64,000 nt of DNA from Tagaea sp. (GTDB lineage: Bacteria > Pseudomonadota > Alphaproteobacteria > CACIAM-22H2): NCBI GenBank assembly GCA_965279525.1, contig CBDIIB010000004.1, positions 128,001 to 192,000 of the forward strand, written 5' to 3'. Numbering within the stretch: position 1 is the first letter of the stretch; each line of letters starts with the position of its first letter. A program made the position numbers and the translations under genes. Below the pieces are notes generated by a model. The model had not been told where the DNA came from. It did no database searches and saw only the letters and a program-made list of their open reading frames with translations. This document shows, piece after piece, positions 18,928 to 28,146 of the stretch.

Positions 18928-19605
18928 TCATCCGGTCAGCGCAGGGATGACCCGGTCGCGGACCGACAGCAGGTGTTCGCGCATTCGCGCTGCGGCACCC
19001 GCACCATCCCGCGACGAGATCGCGGCGATTATTTCGGCGTGTTCGATGAAGCTGGCGTGATTTCGGGGTGGAAGCTCGGATGTCCGGAGCTGGCCCCAGA
19101 CGATCGACCGCCGCACGACATTCAACGTATCGAACAGGTGGATTAGGACCTTGTTGTGCGTTGCCTTCGCAATTGCGAGATGAAAATTGTTATCCCACGC
19201 TTCGTAAGTCCGCCAATCGCGAGCCTCCCTGCAACGCCTGCTGCACGCTTCGATCTCGTCGAAGTCCGCCTTCGCGCCGTGAATCGCGGATAGCCGCGCA
19301 AGTTCGGGCTCGATCGCCAATCGGGCCTCGATGACCTTGATCGGACGCGCAAGTTTCTCCAGATATTCGGCATCGTCGAGATTGACCACAGGCTGCGATC
19401 CGACAAACGTTCCGCGGCCGACATGACGCCAGATCAGGCCGTCGTTTTCGAGTTCGGCCAAAGCCTTGCGAAGCTCGCCACGCGAAACGCCGAGCTTCCC
19501 GCATAGATCCCTTTCGGGCGGGAGGCGCTGATTGTGATCAAAGCCGCTTTCGACGATGAAACGACGAACCCTGTCAGCGAGGAATGCATGGGAAGCTTCG
19601 GGCAT
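18928..19605 (-). CDS. GntR/FadR family transcriptional regulator (FCD domain)
   Basis: RLPPERDL..LGVSR..LRKAL..LE..G, GRGTFV, EARLAIEP, DNNFHLAIA. Start uncertain (ATG 19605 or TTG 19623). Confidence 0.9.
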   Translation of the reverse strand: MPEASHAFLADRVRRFIVESGFDHNQRLPPERDLCGKLGVSRGELRKALAELENDGLIWRHVGRGTFVGSQPVVNLDDAEYLEKLARPIKVIEARLAIEPELARLSAIHGAKADFDEIEACSRRCREARDWRTYEAWDNNFHLAIAKATHNKVLIHLFDTLNVVRRSIVWGQLRTSELPPRNHASFIEHAEIIAAISSRDGAGAAARMREHLLSVRDRVIPALTG

Positions 19606-19611
19606 GACCCA

Positions 19612-19633
19612 CCAATCATTCAATTGGTTAACC
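19612..19633. promoter_or_regulatory. putative FadR-type operator, copy 2 (divergent promoter)
   Basis: CCAATCATTCAATTGGTTAACC directly upstream of the regulator start. Confidence 0.6.
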
Positions 19634-19795
19634 GTTCGGCCTTCTCATATGCCGTCCGCTATAATATCAATCAAGACGGCTCGATTGTCGCCGACGAAGT
19701 GACGCTCGAACCTGTAGGCTGGCGGCATCAACGCCCCGGCCGTTGATAAATGAATGCGCGCTCAGATCGCGCATCTCGAGAGGAAGGAACGGCGG

Positions 19796-20731
19796 ATGCG
19801 TCTCGCTACGATTCGATTCGATGGCCGACTGGAAAGCGCCGTGATGCTTTCGGACGGTTCCGCGCTCCGCCTCGAGGCGGCTGCCAAGCTGGCCGCGATG
19901 CCGACCGGATCGGTCGCTTCAATTCAGGCTGTTGTCGCCGGCGGCGACGAAACCCTCGCCGCAATCCGCAAGCTCGTGGCGAAGGTCGACGCGAAATCCG
20001 GCGCGATCGTGCGAGCAGGCGACGTCAAGCTGGCGGCACCGCTGCCGCGCCCGGCCAAGAACGTGTTCTGCGTCGGCCGGAACTATGCGGAGCACATCGC
20101 CGAAGGTGAGCGCGCGCAGAACGTCAAGATCGGGGTTACCGAACACCCAGTCTTCTTCACGAAGCCGTCGACCGCCGTCGTCGGGCCCGGCGACGCGGTT
20201 CCCCTGTTTCCGCATGTCTCCACGCAGATCGACTACGAGGTAGAACTGGCGGTGATCATCGGAAAGCCGGGGCGCGATATCCGGCGCGAGCAGGCATACG
20301 ATCACGTGTACGGCTACACGATCGTCAATGATGTTTCGGCACGCGACGTCCAACGGCGCCACGGCGGGCAGTATTTCAAGGGCAAGGGATTGGACGGCTC
20401 CTGCCCGATGGGACCGTGGATCGTGACGGCCGACGAATTTCCGAGTCCGCAGAACACCGGCATCCGCCTTACCGTGAACGGCGCGCTGCGCCAGAACGGC
20501 AATACGTCGGCGATGATCTTCGACATTCCGACCCTGATCGCGTCGCTTTCCGAAGGGCTGACGCTGGAGCCGGGCGACGTCATCGCGACCGGAACGCCGT
20601 CCGGTGTCGGATACGCGATGGTCCCGCCCCAATTCCTCAAGCATGGTGACGTCGTGGAGTGCGAGATCGACGGAATCGGCAAGCTTGGGAACAGCTTCGC
20701 AACGGCAGGCGCCCCCAGCCAGGCCGCGTGA
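19796..20731 (+). CDS. fumarylacetoacetate hydrolase family protein (hydratase/decarboxylase-like)
   Basis: FCVGRNYAEH, PVFFTKP, DYEVEL, NDVSARD, GDVIATGTPSGVG. Start MRLATIRF. Confidence 0.9.
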   Translation: MRLATIRFDGRLESAVMLSDGSALRLEAAAKLAAMPTGSVASIQAVVAGGDETLAAIRKLVAKVDAKSGAIVRAGDVKLAAPLPRPAKNVFCVGRNYAEHIAEGERAQNVKIGVTEHPVFFTKPSTAVVGPGDAVPLFPHVSTQIDYEVELAVIIGKPGRDIRREQAYDHVYGYTIVNDVSARDVQRRHGGQYFKGKGLDGSCPMGPWIVTADEFPSPQNTGIRLTVNGALRQNGNTSAMIFDIPTLIASLSEGLTLEPGDVIATGTPSGVGYAMVPPQFLKHGDVVECEIDGIGKLGNSFATAGAPSQAA

Positions 20732-20737
20732 AAGAAG

Positions 20738-20757
20738 CCGGGCCAAAAATGGCCCGG
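20738..20757. terminator. 8-bp hairpin between FAH gene and SBP gene
   Basis: CCGGGCCA-AAAA-TGGCCCGG flanked by A-rich sequence. The U-tract reads only on the minus strand. Confidence 0.35.
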
Positions 20758-20791
20758 ACGAAAACAAAACTGGAAGAGGAGAGGAAACACC

Positions 20792-21835
20792 ATGCGTATC
20801 TCGACATTCCGTCCCGTAACCCGCCGTGCGGTTGTCGCCGGCTCGTTCGCCGTTGCCGCCGCTCTAGCGGTCGGCGCCGGTGACGCACGCGCGCAGGCCC
20901 AGAACGTCACGTTCGTGCAGCCGAGCCCCTCGGCGATCAACTCCTTCCCCATCTACGTCGCGATCGGCGAGGGCTATTTCCAGCAGGAAGGCCTCAACGT
21001 CCGTGTCGAATCGATCAACGGCTCCGGTCCCGTGCTGCAGGCGCTGGCATCGGGCCAGGCGCAATTCGGCCGTCCAGGCCCCGGTCCCGTCCTCTCCGCG
21101 CGCGCGCGCGGCGTCGACGTGATGTTCATCTACAACGTCTCGACGCGCACCAATTTCGGCATCGTCGTGCGCGAAGGTTCCACCTACCAGAAGCCGGCCG
21201 ATCTCAAGGGGCGTACGATCGGCACGGGTACTGCCGACGGCGCCGAAGTGGGCTTCGCGCGCAACGTGCTGCTTGGTGCCGGACTCAAGGAACCAGCGGA
21301 CTATAAGTTCCTGACGGTCGGCGACGGCGGTCCGGCGACGGCGGCATTCACGCGCAACGACATCGTGGCGTATTCGGCCTCGACAGCCGACATGGCGATC
21401 CTGAACAACCGCGGCTTGAAGGTGCGTGACATCACGCCGCCGGAGTACCAGACGCTGTTCGGCAACGGCATCGCGGCGTTGGGTGCCACGGTCCGCAACA
21501 ATCCGGACCTGGTGACGAAGTTCGGCCGTGCGGTCGCACGCGGACATGCCTTCGCGCTCAATCCGGCCAACAAGGCAAAGGTGTTGGCGCACCTGAAGGC
21601 CGGAATGCCGCAGGAAAGCGAGGATGCGGCGTTCGCGTCGGCGCTGTTCGACGCGGTGTCGGCGAAGACCATTCCGATCGACCGTTCGAAGGGTTTCGGC
21701 TTCCAGCCGCCCGAGGGTTGGGCCGAGTGGCACAAGAACATGCTGAGCACCGGCGACCTGAAGGCGGCACTTCCCGACCTCAACGCGGCGTACACGAACC
21801 AGTTCGTGGCCGCCTGGAACGCCGGGATCCGCTGA
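20792..21835 (+). CDS. ABC transporter substrate-binding protein (SsuA/NMT1/THI5-like)
   Basis: TRRAVV Tat-like leader, YVAIGEGYFQQEGLNV, ADLKGRTIG, YTNQFV. Confidence 0.88.
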   Translation: MRISTFRPVTRRAVVAGSFAVAAALAVGAGDARAQAQNVTFVQPSPSAINSFPIYVAIGEGYFQQEGLNVRVESINGSGPVLQALASGQAQFGRPGPGPVLSARARGVDVMFIYNVSTRTNFGIVVREGSTYQKPADLKGRTIGTGTADGAEVGFARNVLLGAGLKEPADYKFLTVGDGGPATAAFTRNDIVAYSASTADMAILNNRGLKVRDITPPEYQTLFGNGIAALGATVRNNPDLVTKFGRAVARGHAFALNPANKAKVLAHLKAGMPQESEDAAFASALFDAVSAKTIPIDRSKGFGFQPPEGWAEWHKNMLSTGDLKAALPDLNAAYTNQFVAAWNAGIR

Positions 21836-22644
21836 TGTCGAGTGCCGCAGCCCTCGCGCCCGTGTCGGCATCGCCGGGCGAGATCGTCTACAAGCTCTCG
21901 GACGTCGGGAAGACCTATGCCCGGAACGCGATCCATGCGCTCCAGGGAATCAACCTGACGCTCCGGAAGGGCAGCTTCTCGTCCGTCATCGGGTCGAGCG
22001 GCTGCGGCAAATCGACTCTGCTAAAGATAATGGCGGGCCTCATTCCGCCGTCGACGGGACGGGTCGTCCTCCAGGGACGGCCCGTCATCGGCCCGCGCCG
22101 GGACATCGGCATGATGTTCCAGCAGGCCACGCTCTTTCCGTGGCGCACGACGATCGAAAATATCGTCCTTCCGATCGAGATCCGGGATGGGAAGAACGCC
22201 GCGCTCGCGGTGCACGACAAGGCGCGAGCGCTCCTCGAACTCGTCGGCCTCAAGGGTTTCGACAAAGCCTACCCGGGCGAGCTTTCCGGCGGCATGGCCC
22301 AGCGCGCCGCGATCTGCCGCATGCTCATCACCGAGCCGGCAGTCCTGCTTCTCGACGAACCGTTCAGCGCCCTTGACGAGCTGACGCGCGACTTCATGAA
22401 CATGGAACTGCAGCGTATCTGCGCATCGCGCGACGCGACCGCTTTTCTCGTGACGCACTCGATTCCCGAGGCGGTGATCCTCTCGGACGTCGTCTATGTG
22501 ATGAAACCCCGACCGGGCCGCATCGCGGAGGAGGTCGTGATCGACCTTCCGCGTCCGCGTACGCTCGAGATGATCACGACGCCGAAGTTCGGCGCGCTGG
22601 TCGAGCGCATCCGCGGCCGTCTCGACAAGGAGGCCTTCATTTGA
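21835..22644 (+). CDS. ABC transporter ATP-binding protein (TauB/SsuB-like)
   Basis: GSSGCGKST, YPGELSGGMAQR, LLDEPFSALD, DLPRPR. Confidence 0.93.
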   Translation: MSSAAALAPVSASPGEIVYKLSDVGKTYARNAIHALQGINLTLRKGSFSSVIGSSGCGKSTLLKIMAGLIPPSTGRVVLQGRPVIGPRRDIGMMFQQATLFPWRTTIENIVLPIEIRDGKNAALAVHDKARALLELVGLKGFDKAYPGELSGGMAQRAAICRMLITEPAVLLLDEPFSALDELTRDFMNMELQRICASRDATAFLVTHSIPEAVILSDVVYVMKPRPGRIAEEVVIDLPRPRTLEMITTPKFGALVERIRGRLDKEAFI

Positions 22645-23501
22645 CCGCCCCCGCAAACACTGCGCCCGAAGCTGCCGGCGCCGAAACCATCTGGGTCGAA
22701 CACGTTGCCTGGTTCGACCGCGTGCCGCGCGCCATCGCGATGGCTTTCGTATTCGGCGTCTTCATCGGCCTCTGGGAGCTCGTAACGCGGCTCGGCGTCG
22801 TGTCGCCGATCATCCTGCCCACGCCGCTCGAGACGCTGATGGACATTTTCCTGGTCGGGCGCAACCTGATCGGCGGCGAGTACATGCTTGCGGCCCTCTG
22901 GACGACCCTGCGCGAGGTCGCCTACGGCTTCGCGCTCGCGATGACGATCGGGTTCTCGCTCGGAATCCTGGTCGGCGAGACTGCGTTCGGCGAGCGCGCC
23001 ATCATGCCGTATCTCGTGGCGATCGACACGATGCCGAAGGTCGCCTTCGCGCCGCTGTTCATTTCGTGGCTGGGCTTCGACATCGAGTCAAAGGTGGCGT
23101 TGGCCGCCTTCATCGCCACATTCCCGATCGTCGTGGGCACGGCCGCCGGCCTGCATTCGGCCGATACGAACGCGCGGATGCTCTTCAAGACGATGGGGGC
23201 GACGCGCCTGCAGACCCTGTTCAAGATGAAGCTGCCGACCGGGTTGCCGCAGATATTCACCGGTCTCAAGATCGCTGCCGTCGGTGTCATGGCCGGTGCG
23301 ATCACCGGCGAGTTCCTCGGTGGCGGGCGCGGCTTCGGCGAACTGATCCGCGTCGCATCGACGCAGCTCAACACGCCGCGCGTGTTCTCGCTGATCATCT
23401 ATCTCAGTCTTGTCGGCATGTCGTTGTTCGGTCTTGTCGTCTGGATGCAGCGCCGGTTCGTGTTCTGGCACAAGGACCGGGTCGTCGGCGGCGAACTCTG
23501 A
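22641..23501 (+). CDS. ABC transporter permease (TauC/SsuC-like)
   Basis: TTG start overlapping the upstream stop, PKVAFAPLF..W.G, GAITGEF. Confidence 0.9.
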   Translation: MTAPANTAPEAAGAETIWVEHVAWFDRVPRAIAMAFVFGVFIGLWELVTRLGVVSPIILPTPLETLMDIFLVGRNLIGGEYMLAALWTTLREVAYGFALAMTIGFSLGILVGETAFGERAIMPYLVAIDTMPKVAFAPLFISWLGFDIESKVALAAFIATFPIVVGTAAGLHSADTNARMLFKTMGATRLQTLFKMKLPTGLPQIFTGLKIAAVGVMAGAITGEFLGGGRGFGELIRVASTQLNTPRVFSLIIYLSLVGMSLFGLVVWMQRRFVFWHKDRVVGGEL

Positions 23502-23506
23502 AGTCG

Positions 23507-24565
23507 ATGGCGGTCAAGAGCGCCGTTTCGCGAGCCGAACTCGTCGGGTTCGTCGCGCGGGTTTTCGAGGCCCTGCGTGTCCCGCCGACTGACGCGCGCG
23601 CCGTTGCCGGGCTGATGGTCGAAGCCGATGCGCTCGGCTTCGACACGCACGGGGTTTTCCGTCTCCGGCAATACGTCAATCGTCTCCGGGACGGCGGCTG
23701 CAAGCCGAATGCGCGCATCTCCGTCATTTCCGAAACGATGGCAACGGCCCTCGTCGATGGCGACAACGGACTTGGCCATCTTGCGATGCAGTTCGCCTGC
23801 AATCTCGCGATGGAGAAAGCCCGCGTCGCCGGTATCGGCTGGATCGGCATCCGCGGCGGGAACCATGCGGGCCCGGCGGCTCTCTATGTCCGTCCTCAGG
23901 CTTCGGCCGGCATGATCGGACTTTGCGCGGCGGTTGGCAGCGCCAATCACGTGGCACCGTTCGGCGGCACCGACATCCTTCTCGGGACGAACCCGATCGC
24001 GGTCGCGGCACCGAGCGGCGGGCCGGATCCCTTTGTCCTCGACATGGCGACGACTGTCGCGGCGATGGGCAAGATCAAGACGCTCGCCCAGCGGGGCGAG
24101 AAGATGCCGGAAGGCTGGATGGTGGGGCGCGACGGCAAGCCGCTGACCGATCCAAATCTTCGCGACGACGGCTTCCTGCTGCCGATCGGCGGTGCAAAAG
24201 GATACGGGCTGTCGGTCGCCATCGGATTGCTCGCCGGCATCCTGAACGGTGCGGCATTCGGCTCGAGCGTCGTTGACTTCACGAAGGACACGAAGAAGCC
24301 GACGAATACCGGCCAGTTCGTCGCGGCAATCGACATTTCGGCTTTCGGCGAGGTCGCCGCCTTCGAAGCCGCATGCCGTCAGGCGTTCGGGGAACTGAAG
24401 GCGTCGACGCCGTTGCCGGGACACGAGCCGGTAAGGATACCGGGTGAGGGGCGCGGTGCACGTCGGGCGAAGGCCGAGACACTGGGGATCGGCCTGCATG
24501 CCGCGCTGAGGTCCGAACTCGACCTAATTGCCGACGAGTTCGGGGTGGAGCGGATCGCGACTTGA
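23507..24565 (+). CDS. Ldh_2 family NAD(P)-dependent oxidoreductase (malate/L-lactate/sulfolactate/ureidoglycolate dehydrogenase-like)
   Basis: EADALGFDTHG, DGDNGLG, NHAG, GTNPIA, DMATT, GGAKGYGL, VRIPGE. Confidence 0.9.
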   Translation: MAVKSAVSRAELVGFVARVFEALRVPPTDARAVAGLMVEADALGFDTHGVFRLRQYVNRLRDGGCKPNARISVISETMATALVDGDNGLGHLAMQFACNLAMEKARVAGIGWIGIRGGNHAGPAALYVRPQASAGMIGLCAAVGSANHVAPFGGTDILLGTNPIAVAAPSGGPDPFVLDMATTVAAMGKIKTLAQRGEKMPEGWMVGRDGKPLTDPNLRDDGFLLPIGGAKGYGLSVAIGLLAGILNGAAFGSSVVDFTKDTKKPTNTGQFVAAIDISAFGEVAAFEAACRQAFGELKASTPLPGHEPVRIPGEGRGARRAKAETLGIGLHAALRSELDLIADEFGVERIAT

Positions 24566-25516
24566 GCAGGGTCGGATCGCCAAGGGGCGGACGGTCTCCC
24601 GTGCCCTGAGCGCGTGCTGTATCCCGGGCACGACGTCAAAAGCGATTCCGGCGGCTGCCAGCGCTTCGACCGTCTCGTCGCCGCGCCCGGAGACGAACGG
24701 GTTCCCGCTCATGATGCGCGCCACGCGCCGGCCCTCACGTGCGAGGCGAACAAGCAATGCACATATCCCTTCCTGCGCCTGCGAGACGAGGATCCTTTCG
24801 GCATCGCGCCGGGCAAGGTCGGGAATTCGCGGATCGACCAGGTGGTCGCAGACGATCACGTCGGCTTCCTGAAGCCGGCGCACCGCTTTGAGCGTCAGAA
24901 GCTCCGGGTCGCCTGATCCGGCACCGACGAGACTCACATGCCCGGTATTGTCTCCGGTCCCGAGAAGCGCGCGGTCGAGCGCCTTGCGCGCCTCGTCTTC
25001 GCGGCCGGCAAGGGCTAGCTCGCCGATGCGCCCGTCGAATGCCGATTCCCAGAAGCGGCGGCGCACGGACGCGTCGGGAATGGCGCGCGCGACGCGGTCG
25101 CGAAGTTCGCCGGCAAAGGCCGCGAGCCGTTCGAAGGCTTGCGGGATCAGCAGTTCGATGCGAAGCCGCAGTCGGCGTGCAAGCACGGGCGACGTCCCGG
25201 CCGTCGAAATCGCGATGGTGACGGGGCCGCGCTCGACGATCGCGGGCCACAAGAAATCGCACAGGGACGGCCGGTCGACGATGTTGACCGGTACACAGCG
25301 CGCGCGCGCCGCCGCGGCGACCGCCTCGCCGACAGCCGGATCGGGATCCGCGCAGACGACAAGTACGGCATCGCCGATCTCGCACGGTCCGTCGCCGCGC
25401 CGGACGAGGGCGCCGGCGCGCGCAAGCTGCTCGGCTTTCGATGCGGCCGCAGAGGCCGTCCCGACAACCAGCACCGGGCGGCCGTCGAGATCGAGGAAGA
25501 TCGGGAAATGGCGCAT
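24524..25516 (-). CDS. cysG: siroheme synthase CysG, C-terminally truncated and degenerate (possible pseudogene)
   Basis: MRHFPIFLDLDGRPVLVVG, VNIVDRPSLCDF, IAIST.G.SPVLAR, RRRFWE, VSLVGAG.GDPELLTLKA. About 330 aa, ending soon after VVPGI. Confidence 0.8.
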   Translation of the reverse strand: MRHFPIFLDLDGRPVLVVGTASAAASKAEQLARAGALVRRGDGPCEIGDAVLVVCADPDPAVGEAVAAAARARCVPVNIVDRPSLCDFLWPAIVERGPVTIAISTAGTSPVLARRLRLRIELLIPQAFERLAAFAGELRDRVARAIPDASVRRRFWESAFDGRIGELALAGREDEARKALDRALLGTGDNTGHVSLVGAGSGDPELLTLKAVRRLQEADVIVCDHLVDPRIPDLARRDAERILVSQAQEGICALLVRLAREGRRVARIMSGNPFVSGRGDETVEALAAAGIAFDVVPGIQHALRARETVRPLAIRPCSSRDPLHPELVGN

Positions 25517-28146
25517 CACGCGGCCGTCCGGACGCCGGCTGCCAGTGCCGCAGCAAGCTCCGGCACACACGAGCCGCAATTGGTGCCCGCACGGGTCGCC
25601 ACCCCGATCGCGTCAGTCGTCTGGCATCCGCCGGCAATGGCTGCGTCGATCGAAGCACGTCGCACGCCATGGCAGGCGCACACGACCGGCCCCAGATCGA
25701 CGAAAGCGGCCGGCCGCCCGGCAAGAATGGCGCGACGAAGATGGGCCGGCATGTCGGCCTTGGCGAAAAGCCCGCCGAGCCAGGATCCGTCGGGAAGCGT
25801 GTCGCGCGGGCCGACGAACAGGCAGGCGGCAAGCCGCCCGTCGATGAATGTCGCAACGCGACGGCGGCCACCGGCGATATCGGCATACGACATGCGGTCG
25901 TCGTCGGTACCGACTAGGCGCTTGAGCAGTGCTGCATCCAGAGGCGCGCCATGCGCGATCTCGTAGCGGGTGTAGCCTTCGCCTGCACTCGCCACCCAAT
26001 AGTCGATACCTGTCAGATCGGCGGAGGCACGTGCGAGCAGGAAGCCCTGCCAGAGCGGTTTCCAGCGGGCAAGGCGCACCGGACTGTGCTTGAGCTCGGG
26101 CTGGCCCGAGAGCGGATCGACCGCCGGGTTGACCGCCGCGTTGACTCGCCCGGTGCGCGAATGCGTGCCCGTCCAGTGCATGGGGGCGAACACCGTTCCA
26201 GACGACTGGCCGGCCTCGATGCAAACGCGTAGCACTGCGGCACCCCACGGGCTTTCGATGCGCGCGAAGTCGCCTTCCGCAAGGCCCAGATGCTGCGCGT
26301 CCGCCGGCGCGATCGCGGCGTACGGTTCGACGACATGGCGCGCCAGGCGCGGCGATTTTCCGGTCCGCGTCATCGTGTGCCAGTGGTCGCGCACGCGCCC
26401 GGTATTGAGGATGAAGGGATATGTGGCATCGGGCCCATTGACCGGGCTGCGGTACGCGACCGGAAGAAAGCGGGCGTTGCCGTCGGGCGTGAAGAATCCG
26501 CCGGCGGCGAACATCCGAGCCGTCGGGCCGCCTTCACGCACCGGCCACTGGACAGGCTCCATGGCATCGAACGGAACGCCGACGAGACCGGAGAGATCGA
26601 AATCGCGCGCACCCCCGTTCTCGAATGCGGAAAGAGCCACGTGCTCGGCGAAGATCTCCCCGGCATTGCGCCAGGCGAACGCGTCGCCGGCACCGAGCCG
26701 GCGCGCGACGCCGGCGACGATCTTCCAGTCCGGCAGTGCTTCGCCGGGTGCGGGCAGGAAGGCGCGCTGACGTGATATGCGCCGCTCCGAGTTCGTGACC
26801 GTGCCATCCTTCTCGCCCCACGCGAGCGTCGGCAGCTTCACGTGCGCGTGGCGCAACGTGTCGGTATCCGCCACGCAATCGGAAACGACGACGAAGGGGC
26901 ATGCGGCGAGGGCGGCGGCCACGCGGTCGGCATCCGGCATGCTGGCAGCGGGATTGGTCGCCATGATCCACACGGCCTCGATCTCGCCCCGGCCGATGGC
27001 GGCGAACAGGTCGACGGCTTTCAGGCCCGGCTTGCGCGCGATGCAGGGCGCCTTCCAGAAATGCTCGACGCGCGCGACGTCGCCTTCGGCGAAATCCATG
27101 TGGGCCGCAAGCTGGTTGGCGAGTGCCCCGACTTCGCGTCCGCCCATCGCGTTGGGCTGGCCGGTGACCGAGAACGGCCCCATGCCCGGCCTGCCGATGC
27201 GCCCGGTGGCCAGATGGCAGTTGACGATCGCGTTCACCTTGTCGACGCCGGCCGACGACTGGTTCACGCCCTGCGAATAGACCGTGACTGTGCGCGGACT
27301 GGCTGCGAATTCGGCGAAGAACCGCGCGACGTCCCTTGCATCAAGATGGCACGCCGAAGCGACGGCGCCGGGATCTGCGAAAGCGGCGGCTGCGGCCAGT
27401 GCGTGCTCGAGATCGCGCGTGTGCCCGGCCACGAACGCGCGGTCGATGGCACCTGCCTTGTCGAGATGGGCCAGAAGCCCGCCGAACAGCGCGGCGTCGG
27501 AGCCCGCCGCAAGCGGCAGATGCAGATCCGCCCCTTCGCAGGTCGCGGTACGGCGCGGATCGACGACGACGATCCGCGGCAAGCCGCCGCGCTGCGCGCG
27601 GGCGGCAAGGATCCGCTGATGCAGGACCGGATGGCACCAGGCGAGATTCGAGCCGACCAGCACGATCAGGTCGGCCGCTTCCAGATCCTCGTAGTTGCCC
27701 GGCACGGTATCGGCGCCGAAGGCGCGCTTGTGGCCGGCGACGGAGGACGCCATGCACAGGCGCGAATTCGTGTCGATGTTTGCCGTCCCCAGCCAGCCCT
27801 TGATGAGCTTGTTGGCGGCGTAATAATCTTCGGTCAGCAGCTGGCCCGAGACATAAAAGGCGACCGCATCGGGGCCGCGCCGGCGGACCGTGTCGGCGAA
27901 CCTCTCGGCGACGAGATCGAGCGCTTCGTCCCAGCTCGCACGCCGGCCGCCGATCTCGGGATGGAGCAGGCGTCCGTCAAGCGACAGCGTTTCGCCCAAC
28001 GCCGAGCCTTTCGAGCAGAGTCGGCCGAAATTCGCCGGGTGCGCGGGATCGCCCGCGATTCCGGCACCGCCGGCACCATCGGGTGTCGCAAGGATTCCGC
28101 ACCCGACGCCGCAATAGGGGCAGGTCGTGCGCACGTCGCCCGCCAT
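25516..28146 (-). CDS. nasA: assimilatory nitrate reductase catalytic subunit (Mo-bisPGD)
   Basis: TTCPYCGVGC..LCSKG, GQLLTEDYY, DTNSRLCMASS, GQPNAMGGREVG, TGRVRDHWHTMTRTG, C-terminal BFD-like CACHGV..CGSC. Confidence 0.95.
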   Translation of the reverse strand: MAGDVRTTCPYCGVGCGILATPDGAGGAGIAGDPAHPANFGRLCSKGSALGETLSLDGRLLHPEIGGRRASWDEALDLVAERFADTVRRRGPDAVAFYVSGQLLTEDYYAANKLIKGWLGTANIDTNSRLCMASSVAGHKRAFGADTVPGNYEDLEAADLIVLVGSNLAWCHPVLHQRILAARAQRGGLPRIVVVDPRRTATCEGADLHLPLAAGSDAALFGGLLAHLDKAGAIDRAFVAGHTRDLEHALAAAAAFADPGAVASACHLDARDVARFFAEFAASPRTVTVYSQGVNQSSAGVDKVNAIVNCHLATGRIGRPGMGPFSVTGQPNAMGGREVGALANQLAAHMDFAEGDVARVEHFWKAPCIARKPGLKAVDLFAAIGRGEIEAVWIMATNPAASMPDADRVAAALAACPFVVVSDCVADTDTLRHAHVKLPTLAWGEKDGTVTNSERRISRQRAFLPAPGEALPDWKIVAGVARRLGAGDAFAWRNAGEIFAEHVALSAFENGGARDFDLSGLVGVPFDAMEPVQWPVREGGPTARMFAAGGFFTPDGNARFLPVAYRSPVNGPDATYPFILNTGRVRDHWHTMTRTGKSPRLARHVVEPYAAIAPADAQHLGLAEGDFARIESPWGAAVLRVCIEAGQSSGTVFAPMHWTGTHSRTGRVNAAVNPAVDPLSGQPELKHSPVRLARWKPLWQGFLLARASADLTGIDYWVASAGEGYTRYEIAHGAPLDAALLKRLVGTDDDRMSYADIAGGRRRVATFIDGRLAACLFVGPRDTLPDGSWLGGLFAKADMPAHLRRAILAGRPAAFVDLGPVVCACHGVRRASIDAAIAGGCQTTDAIGVATRAGTNCGSCVPELAAALAAGVRTAA

